From an uncultured Nitrososphaerota archaeon (GTDB lineage: Archaea; Thermoproteota; Nitrososphaeria; Conexivisphaerales; DTJL01): a stretch of 64,000 nt of DNA. Below the pieces are notes generated by a model. The model was not told where the DNA came from. It did not search any database and worked only from the letters and a program-made list of their open reading frames with translations. Both the position numbers and the translations under genes were made by a program. The stretch lies in NCBI GenBank assembly GCA_963842885.1, contig CAWJIE010000004.1, positions 96,001 through 160,000 of the forward strand. The letters run 5' to 3'. Below, piece after piece: positions 40,075-48,580 of this stretch (its first letter is position 1; each line of letters opens with the position of its first letter).

Positions 40075-40224
40075 ATGCCTAAGAAGATGAAGAACCCGAT
40101 TGATAGAATGGCTAAGGACGCAAAGGCTATGGGGAAATCAATCGAGAAGACGATGACCAAGGATGGAAAAGCTATGGAGAAGTCATTCGACAAGATGTTC
40201 GGTACTAAGAAGCACCGGAAATAG
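40075..40224 (+). CDS. Lys/Met-rich microprotein with a 15-aa tandem repeat (49 aa)
   Basis: MAKDAKAMGKSIEKT / MTKDGKAMEKSFDKM; GAGGA upstream. Confidence 0.6.
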   Translation: MPKKMKNPIDRMAKDAKAMGKSIEKTMTKDGKAMEKSFDKMFGTKKHRK

Positions 40225-40496
40225 ACTCGCTGCAAAATGAAAGCATAATCTCTGTTTGTCCAACCTACAGGCGGGGCAAACCCAGAGACTGAGTCAGTCC
40301 CATTTTCGCAGGTCCAAGCCTACGTCCTTAGCTCGACCCCGATCTTGACGCTGTAGCTAAAGTTTCTCCGTCGACAGCTCAAATTCATCCTAACTCACTA
40401 CAAGCATGATTAGGACGAACAGATTGAGAATAATTCCGGCGATGATTTCGCCAAGAGTACCGCTTATAACCAAGCTACCACGATTACACCTTCATC

Positions 40497-40766
40497 TTGC
40501 CAATCCTGAAACTGCTCGACGGGACGGAAAGGAACGTCGATATCATCATTACGCTCACAGAAACGCCTACGCGAGGAGGCAAAGTCAAGCACATGAGGAT
40601 TGACCTCGAAAAATCAGAAGATTGGCTCCAAGTCGGCGCCTCAATGGTCGAGTATTCCAAGGACGGGTACATCTTCTACGTACCGATACGCCTTGTCAGC
40701 TTCATAGGAACTCGGGCGCTTGAAGTGGACGAATTTGCCCGCGACGTGCAAAGGGAATTGCGTTAA
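40497..40766 (+). CDS. Hypothetical protein (89 aa)
   Basis: TTATAA at ~40464 upstream; natural beta-rich composition. Confidence 0.55.
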   Translation: MPILKLLDGTERNVDIIITLTETPTRGGKVKHMRIDLEKSEDWLQVGASMVEYSKDGYIFYVPIRLVSFIGTRALEVDEFARDVQRELR

Positions 40767-40937
40767 GTTCTTCGAATCAGGGGCAACACCACGACTTAGG
40801 CACAAACCCCGATTACCCAAGCGGATTGAACTACCTTATGTTACGCTCCTATCCCGGTTGGAACCTAGAGGGTAGGTCAACTGAAAGGGATGATCTAACC
40901 ATCAAGTATAGCAAACGACACCGAAAAGTATTAGATT

Positions 40938-41192
40938 GTGCCTCAGCCAGTTATCCCCATGCCTATTTGTCCAAACTGTAGCAGGGCTATCGAGTTTAAT
41001 CCGCAACTCAATGAGCGCCTTGGCTATCTCGCTTATCAGCACAAGGAATCTGGAATCTACGATCAGAATGGACGCAATCAAGGAAACGAGACATTGGAGT
41101 TCTTTTGTCCCTTGTGCGGTGCTCTGGTTGCCACGAGAGAAGCTGATGCATTAGACTTCATCAAGAAAAGAATGAGCCAAATCACACCATGA
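40938..41192 (+). CDS. Small zinc-ribbon protein
   Basis: CPNC...CPLCG pairs. Confidence 0.65.
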   Translation: MPQPVIPMPICPNCSRAIEFNPQLNERLGYLAYQHKESGIYDQNGRNQGNETLEFFCPLCGALVATREADALDFIKKRMSQITP

Positions 41193-41467
41193 GAGGATTC
41201 TGCTATCATTGGGTAATTTCGTTCCCTGTTCCACTTTGGGTGACGGCTTTCTCAAGTAGCTCCATCCACTTGTTCTTTCCGTTCACCCCGATTCCCGCCA
41301 CGAAAGGGCTGATTCTGTCTGTCTAAGCTACAGGTTGGGCGGACTTAAAAACCACCAACGGCAGTGGGCCAGCCTCCCGCCCTCATTCAGTTATTCTATT
41401 GTTTTCAATAACATAAAGATGATTAAGCTATTGAGTCGTCATCGTCGGTCAGACTGATGATATTGAC

Positions 41468-41495
41468 TTCTTTTCCAGCAGCAATAGATATCCAA
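41468..41495 (+). repeat. Right 28-bp direct repeat (attR-like)
   Basis: Identical to 36100-36127; imperfect match extends over 41455-41500. Confidence 0.93.
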
Positions 41496-41524
41496 AAATA
41501 CCATGAGAGCTAAACAAAGACGGC

Positions 41525-42181
41525 TTGTGGGTTGTTCTTTCGCACAAACTGGGCGCGAAGACCCCCTCCTTCGGCGCGGGTCCTTCCCTCACTATAGCAC
41601 CGATCAAGGAGATGAAGACCGGCGGCTCGAGCAACAGTTACACGCTCTCCTTCCCCAATCATCTTGGCACGCACATCGACGCTCCCAAGCACGTCGACGA
41701 CGGGGGAAAGGCCGTTTCTGACTACCCCCTTGACGCCTTCGTCTTCCTTCATCCTCTTGTCCTGGAGATTCCAAAAGGCGAATCTGAGCTGGTCACCCTG
41801 GAGGAGTTGAAGGAGCACAAGGGCGAGATTGGGAAGGCGGACCTCCTTCTGCTGCGCACAGGTTTTCAGGTCTACCGAGACAGGGACCCGGCCAAGTACA
41901 TGAACATGAATCCTGGCGTGTCGGCGGAGGCAGCCAGCTATCTTGCGTCCGATTTCCCGCGCCTGAGGGCCCTGGGCTTCGACTTCATTTCGCTGTCGGC
42001 AGTTCAGAAGAGAGAGGAGGGGCGGAAGGCACACAGAGCCCTCCTCAGTGGCCGGGACTTCTTCATCATTGAAGACATGGACCTGTCAAGATGCCCGAAG
42101 AGGGCCCGCCGTGTCTTCGTCATTCCGCTCTTCGTCGAAGGGATCGACAGCGCTCCCTGCACGGTCGCAGCCGAGACATGA
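41525..42181 (+). CDS. Cyclase-family metallohydrolase (kynurenine formamidase-like)
   Basis: HLGTHIDAPKH, LLLRTG, GFDFIS, AHRALL, IIEDM, DSAPC. Confidence 0.9.
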   Translation: MWVVLSHKLGAKTPSFGAGPSLTIAPIKEMKTGGSSNSYTLSFPNHLGTHIDAPKHVDDGGKAVSDYPLDAFVFLHPLVLEIPKGESELVTLEELKEHKGEIGKADLLLLRTGFQVYRDRDPAKYMNMNPGVSAEAASYLASDFPRLRALGFDFISLSAVQKREEGRKAHRALLSGRDFFIIEDMDLSRCPKRARRVFVIPLFVEGIDSAPCTVAAET

Positions 42182-42238
42182 CCTGGTTAGAGACTTCTCG
42201 TCGCAACACAGAAAAGCACACATCGGCCAGACAGTAGG

Positions 42239-43657
42239 ATGGAGCGGACTTTGCCCAAAGCTCAGATCGGCGTGCTCGGCCTAGGCACCATGGGCGAAAG
42301 CTTGGCCCTCAACATGGCTGGAAAGGGCTTCCCTGTGGCCGTCTACAACCGCACGGCAGAGAAGACCAAGGAATTCATGCGGCGGGTCGACAAGTCGATG
42401 ACGGTCGTGCCTGCATACAGCCTTCCCGAGTTCTCCGGAGCCATTGAGACGCCAAGAAAAGTGCTGCTGATGGTGACAGCCGGTCAGGCAGTCGACCAGA
42501 TGATTCGGCAAATCTCACCTTTGCTCTCGAAAGGGGACATCCTCATCGACGCTGGTAACTCCTTCTTCAGGGACACCGAGCGTCGCGGGAGGGAGACCTG
42601 CGAAGTCGGGCTGCGCTTCCTTGGCGTTGGGGTGAGCGGGGGGGAGGAAGGCGCTTTGAAGGGACCTTGCGTGATGGTGGGAGGTCCAAAGGAGGCTTAC
42701 GCGCAGGTTGAAGCCATACTCGGGAAGATAGCCGCGCGGACTCCGTCCGGCGTGTGCTCGGCATACCTCGGCCCGGGCGGAGCAGGGCATTTCACGAAGA
42801 TGGTCCACAACGGCATCGAGTATGCGCTCATGGAGCTCATCGCCGAGGCCTACGACCTCCAGGTTACTGGGCTGGACCTAGAGGCGGGCGCCGTCAGAGA
42901 TAACTTCTCAGGCTGGAACGACCACGAACTTCAGTCGTATCTAATGGAGATCACGGTCCAGGCCCTGTCCAAGACGGATGAGGATACGGGGAGGCCTCTC
43001 GTGGAGATGATACTCGATCAGGCAAAGCAGAAGGGAACTGGCAAATGGACTTCCCAGACGGCGCTGGACCTAGGCGTGCCCATCCCGACGATCGATGCCG
43101 GAGTGTCTGCCAGGAACCTCTCAGCATACAAGGACGAACGCGTCAGAGCCTCGAAGTTGCACCCTTCTGTCAGAGTAGCCTACAGAGGCGACACATCCGA
43201 CATATGCGACGAGCTGGGAGACGCCCTCTACTGCTCTTTCATAGCCTCCTTCGCACAGGGATTCACTCTGTTGAAGGCGGGTTCGAAGGAGTACGGTTAT
43301 GCGCTTCCTCTCGACGAGATAGCCCGTATTTGGAAGGGCGGCTGCATCATCAGAGCGAAACTGCTGGACAGGGTTCAGGCGGCTTTCGCAGCTGAACCCT
43401 CCCTGGACAACCTTATGGTCGACAGCAGCCTGGAACCGATCCTGCGGAGATTTGAAGGCAGCTGGCGGCACGTCGTCCAGGTGATGAAGTCCCTGTCAAT
43501 CCCGGCGCCCGCCATGGACTCGGCCCTCGACTACTACGACTCCTATCGCAGGGAGAAGCTGCCGGCGAACTTGATTCAGGCCCTCAGGGACATCTTCGGC
43601 GCCCACACATATGAAAGGATCGACAAGGCGGGCTCGTACCACACCGACTGGGCCTAG
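42239..43657 (+). CDS. gnd: 6-phosphogluconate dehydrogenase, decarboxylating (long, NADP-type)
   Basis: GLGTMG, VYNRT, VSGGEEGA, KMVHNGIEY, QKGTGKWT, GGCIIRA, RDIFGAHTY. Confidence 0.96.
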   Translation: MERTLPKAQIGVLGLGTMGESLALNMAGKGFPVAVYNRTAEKTKEFMRRVDKSMTVVPAYSLPEFSGAIETPRKVLLMVTAGQAVDQMIRQISPLLSKGDILIDAGNSFFRDTERRGRETCEVGLRFLGVGVSGGEEGALKGPCVMVGGPKEAYAQVEAILGKIAARTPSGVCSAYLGPGGAGHFTKMVHNGIEYALMELIAEAYDLQVTGLDLEAGAVRDNFSGWNDHELQSYLMEITVQALSKTDEDTGRPLVEMILDQAKQKGTGKWTSQTALDLGVPIPTIDAGVSARNLSAYKDERVRASKLHPSVRVAYRGDTSDICDELGDALYCSFIASFAQGFTLLKAGSKEYGYALPLDEIARIWKGGCIIRAKLLDRVQAAFAAEPSLDNLMVDSSLEPILRRFEGSWRHVVQVMKSLSIPAPAMDSALDYYDSYRREKLPANLIQALRDIFGAHTYERIDKAGSYHTDWA

Positions 43658-43789
43658 CAGCGGGTCCCTACGCTTTACTTCGGCTGACCTCGTTGGACGC
43701 ATGTCGAATCGATGGCGCATTTCATAGACTGGAGGTTACGGTAGAAAGAAGACGGCGGACACCTCGAGTGTGGAGGCGAGTCGCCCGAT

Positions 43790-44092
43790 CTATCCAATGG
43801 CCTTCTTGACGTCTTCGCGAATCTGGTCGTCCGTCTTGCCTTCGGTCGAAATCCCCAGTTCCCACGCGGCCTTCACGAGCTTGTCATGCTCGGAGGGCTG
43901 AGGACTTGACGAGCCTTCCTTGAGCTTCTTAAGCTCCAGCTCGGACTCGACCTTCGCCTTCTGAAACTCGCCCTGGGCGCGTCCGAGCGACTTCGCCAAG
44001 TCGGGGATCTTGCCGGCGCCGAAGATCAGAACGACTACTATGACGATCACTATCAGCCATTCCGAACCTTGCAGCAGCAGTGGTGCGAACAT
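43790..44092 (-). CDS. tatA: Twin-arginine translocase TatA/E
   Basis: EWLIVIVIVVVLIFGAGKIPDLAKSLGRAQGEF. Confidence 0.92.
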   Translation of the reverse strand: MFAPLLLQGSEWLIVIVIVVVLIFGAGKIPDLAKSLGRAQGEFQKAKVESELELKKLKEGSSSPQPSEHDKLVKAAWELGISTEGKTDDQIREDVKKAIG

Positions 44093-44193
44093 ATCTTCGT
44101 CGCAAAGGGTCGCGATTCCGTCTGGTTTAAGGATACCGTTAGCCATGAGACAGGTTTTTAGGCGGAGGCGCCAGACGGAAGCGCATCGACGCC

Positions 44194-44634
44194 TTGTCCA
44201 TCAAGATTAGAGAATGCCGCCACGGCGACCTCCCCGAGGTCTACGACATAGAGAAGACTTCCTTCCCCCACCCCTACGACCTCGACGTCCTCCAGGCCTA
44301 TCTGATGCGGGTGGAGTACTCTCATTTTGACGGCTTCCTCGTCGCCATTCAAGGGAACACGCTGGTCGGATACATGCTCTTCGAATACGGCCACAAGGGC
44401 CTCATAGTCTCAATGGCCGTCAGGACCGACTCGCGTCGCAAGAAAGTGGGAACCCTTCTTCTCCGTGAAGCCTTGCTGCGCCTCTCCAAGAGGTGCAAGG
44501 AGGTGACCCTTCAGGTTGGAGTATCGAACGTGGGAGCACAGGATCTCTATCGCAGCTTCGGCTTCTCCATCGAAAAGGTCCTGCCCGGATATTACCCCGA
44601 CGGAGAGGACGCGTATCTGATGGAAAGGCGCTAA
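44194..44634 (+). CDS. rimI: RimI/Ard1-like GNAT N-acetyltransferase
   Basis: IEKTSFPHP, SMAV..SRRKKVG, SN..AQDLY..FGF, YYPDGEDAYLM. Confidence 0.9.
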   Translation: MSIKIRECRHGDLPEVYDIEKTSFPHPYDLDVLQAYLMRVEYSHFDGFLVAIQGNTLVGYMLFEYGHKGLIVSMAVRTDSRRKKVGTLLLREALLRLSKRCKEVTLQVGVSNVGAQDLYRSFGFSIEKVLPGYYPDGEDAYLMERR

Positions 44635-45651
44635 GGCTTGAGCATCAAGCGGCCGAGGGTGGCCCTGTCCGACATCAGCTTGTGACCGCGAGATGCCTCC
44701 TCCAACGGGAGGGTGTCGTGGACGACGGGCTTGATCTTCCCTTCGGCGGTGAGCTTCAGGGCGTCCTCGACATCCTTCTTCACAGAGCTGATGCTCCCCA
44801 CGATGGAGAGCTCTTTCAGGATCAGGACCCCCAGCTGGAACTGGACGGACGAGGGGAGGACGTTCCCGACAACGACGAGCCTGCCTCCGGGTGCGAGGCT
44901 CTTCATGCTCTCACCAAAGGTCGGACCTCCCACGGACTCCAGGACGACGTCGACACCCCTGCCGTCGGTCAGCTTCTTCACTTCGTCGCCGAAACCCTCG
45001 GTCCAGACCACCACATCAGAGGCGCCTGCCTCTTTGACGCTCTGCGCCTTCCACTCTGAGGAAGTGGCGGCGATAGCTCTCGCGCCGAGGGCCTTGGCGA
45101 TCTGCACAGCGTGGATACCCACACCGCCGCCAGCTCCAGTGACCAGGACGGTTTCGCCGGGCTGGAGGGCGGCCCGCTTCCTGAACGCGTGCATCAGCAT
45201 CCCGGTGACGCAGGCAGAGATGGCAAGCCCGGCCGACGACACGCCATCAGGGGCCTTTACGAGAGACCGGCTGTTAATCTTCACGAAGTCGGCGTAGGAG
45301 CCGTCGATGTCTTCGCCGAAGGTCCTCTTCGAGCGGCAGAGGTTCTCTCTCCCCGACAGGCAGTATTCGCACTTGCCGCACGGCTCGTAGATCAAGGAGG
45401 TTACCCTGTCCCCCTCCCTGAAGCCGGTCACTCCAGAGCCGAGTTTGGCGACCCTTCCTGCAATCTCATGTCCCAAGACCACCGGGAGCTTGGTCCTCGG
45501 GAAGAAGCCCTTGGTCGTGAGGATGTCACGGTAGCAAATCCCAGTGAGTTCCGTCTTCACCAGCACCTCGTCCGGGAGCTAGGGGGGACGGGACAGGGAC
45601 GTCCTTCAGCATTAACTCCTTGCCGATGCCTTCTAGGTACAGCGCTTTCAA
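44631..45651 (-). CDS. Zn-dependent MDR dehydrogenase, acryloyl-CoA reductase-like (frameshift near 45585)
   Basis: CYRD, GHE, CGKCEYC..C, CVTGM, TGAGGGVGIHAVQ, VGNV. Confidence 0.85.
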
Positions 45652-45702
45652 CGCGAATCTGTGCGCGGGATCGGCATTAATGGGTTGCTCAGTTAGCTCG
45701 CG

Positions 45703-48574
45703 CTACTCTAGGACGATGGAGGGCTTGAGCGGGAGCGGATTGAGAGCCTTCCTGCTTGATGCCGCGGATGGAATGTCTTTCAGGACCTCCACGGCCTTCA
45801 AGCCGGTCTCGGAGGCGATGAAGGGGGCTGCATCGCGGAGGACCTCCCATTCATCGAAGGCGTCCGCGGCGAGGAGCTGGCCCAGGACTTCGTCTCCTAG
45901 GCCGCGGCATAGCTTTATGACGGACTGAATGAGAGACACGACAGCCTGCCGGTCGGCAGGGGCGGCCGAGCTGAGGCCTTCCTTGATTATGTCTCCCTCC
46001 TTCCTTCCCTTCAGGAGGTTGTCAGCCACCTTCCTGAACGATCTGCAACCGCTCCGCAGAGGCGACGAAGATGGAGGCCTTCGTGGGTTGCTGCTTGACG
46101 ACCGCCAGTATGCCCTTGACGTCGCCGATGGTATTTTCCACGTCCCACTCACCCAGCAAGGCGTTGGCGTCCACCATCCTTCCCTCCGGCTCAGGCCAGC
46201 GACCGATGGAGACGAGGCCCTTCCCCCCCAGCCTCTCATTGAGCTCCTCCGCCACAAACGGGACAAAAGGAGAGAGGATGAGCGACCAAGTGCGTGCGTA
46301 CGCCCGGAGAGTCTCCTTCCTCGGAGACATCCTCTTCAGGTACCATCTCAGGTCGTTCCACACGTCAAAGAACGCTGCCTGAAATGCGGTCCTGGTCTTC
46401 AGGCCTTCCACAGCCTGCGAAACGGCCAAGACTCGAAGCTGGAGCTTGGACATTAGCCACCTGTCGATGGGGAGCTCTTCACGGTCGATGGAAGACGCGA
46501 TGGACTTCTCGATGAAGGCGGGAAGGGCCGCGATCCTGCTGCGCATGTCCTCCGCGTTCTTCAACCGCCAATCCGGGTCGTCCATCCCTTCGGCGCTGGA
46601 CAGAAGGGTGCCCCGAACGGCGTCGGCTCCCATGTCCCCGATGGCCACGGAGATTGGGATGACGTTTCCCTTCGACTTGGACATCTTGACGCCTTCAAGC
46701 TGCATCATCCCGTTGACCCCCAGCCCCCTAGGCCACTGGGGTGGCTTGAACATGGCGACATGCTGCATGATGAAGAAGGTGAGATGGTTCGGGACGAGCT
46801 CCTTGGCGCTGTTCCTCAGGTCGACGGGGTACCAGTAGAGGAACTCAGACCTCATGGCGTCGAGAGCCTTCGCAGGGATGCCGGAGCTGGCAGAGACGCC
46901 TGAGGAGTCGCCAGCGCCGAGGAAGATAAAGTTGAACGCTTCGGGGGTTAGCGATTCAGCAGTTATCCCCCGAGAGCGGATGAGATGCGCGACTGTGTAA
47001 AACGCCATGTAAATGGTTGAGTCGCTGAGCGTCTCGACTATCCAATCCTTGTCCCAAGGGAGGGGAGTGCCCAAGCCTACCTTCCGAGCGCAAGGCCATT
47101 CCCTTATCCAGTTCACGCTTTCGACGAACCACTGCCGCGCCTCTTCGGGGAAGACCTCAGCGGCGGCGACGCATTTGAGAGAGTTCTCCTTCCAGACGGG
47201 GTCACTGTAGCGGATGAACCACTGGTCCTGGAGGACCTTCACAATGCATTTGGTCATGCAACGACAGATGACCTTCTGCGGCAGCTCGAACATCTTGTCG
47301 GCCAGCCGCATCTTGATCAGCTCGCCGACGATGGCCTCCTTGGCGTCGGAAACCTTCATGCCCGAATAAGCGAGGCAGTTCTCCTTCATGGTCCCATTGT
47401 GGAACTCTTTGCTGTAGATCTCCTTGGTGGCCTCCTCGCCCTTGGGATCCAGCTGGTCGACGGCCTGGAGGGCGTTTACGGCGTCCACGGCGGGGTAGGG
47501 GCCGTACCCTGCCAAGTTGATTATCGAGATGGGGGACGTCTCTTCGATGATTTCAGGCTTCACCTTGTAGGCACGCAGTTTCTCGTTGCCGGTCTTGAGG
47601 TCCCTCAGGGCCAGCCAGTCGTAAGGCGCATGGGCGGGGACGCTGTAGACCACGCCCGTCGCGTTGTCGGTGTCGACAAAGAGCGCCGGCAGTACGGGGA
47701 TCGTCCTCTCCACGATGGGCACCACACACCTGAGGCCCAGAAGCGAGAGGGCGTCGAGCTTCCGAATGATGTTGACCGCCCTTCCCTGTTCCGTGAGCTT
47801 GGTGACGGCCTCGCTGCTGATAATCCAGTTCTCACCGTCGACCACGACGTCGGAGTAGAAACCTTCGGGGTTGACCCAGACGTTGGTGGCGCCGAAGATG
47901 GTCTCGGGCCTGAACGTCGCCGCCACCAGGAACTTGTTCTCCTGTGTGAGCCTGAACTTGACTAGGGTGAATTCCTCGGGGGCTACACCCTCGCCCTCGA
48001 GCCTGTCATGGTCGCCAGTGGGGGACTTGTCGTGAGGGCACCAAACTACAGGGTGGGTCCCTTGGACAACGTACCCCAGCTCCTTCAGCTTCTCATACTG
48101 CCATTCGACGAACTTGCTGAACGCGGGCTCGTGGCTGGAGGTGTGGAACTCCCTGCGCCAGTCAATGGACAGGCCAAGGAGCTTGACGGCGTTACGGTTG
48201 TGCTCCGTGTAGTACTCCGCCATGCGGAGGGGGTCTTTGAAACTAGCAAGCACCGAGTCAGGTATGTGGTCGATGTCCCGGAACTCGTGGACCATCAGCG
48301 GGTCTCCTCTTGACAGCCGCTCGGCCGCCGAAACTATAGGCTGGCCGGTCCAGTGCCAGGCCCAAGGGAAGAGCACGTTGAGGCCCTTCATCCTCTTGTA
48401 ACGTGCGAAGACGTCCACCCTGAGGGCCGTATACGCGTGACCCAGGTGGAGGGGCCCGTTCATGTACGGGTAAGGGAAGGTGACGAAAACCTTCTGGCGC
48501 CCCGGGTCAGGGTCAGCCTGGAAGACCCCACTGTCCTCCCATCTCTTCACCCACTTCGTCTCAACCTCGCCCAA
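45703..48574 (-). CDS. leuS: Leucine--tRNA ligase (frameshift near 46040)
   Basis: FPYPYMNGPLHLGH, ATFRPET, ETLSDSTIY, KMSKSKGN; C-terminal KALNPLPLKPSIVLE in the next frame. Confidence 0.96.
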
Positions 48575-48580
48575 GCCGGA

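Larger units (their letters stand above)
36100..41495. mobile_element. Direct-repeat-bounded lower-GC genomic island without an integrase
   Basis: Repeats 5,368 bp apart; GC drops visibly inside; accessory cargo (catalase, nucleases, microproteins). Confidence 0.8.
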
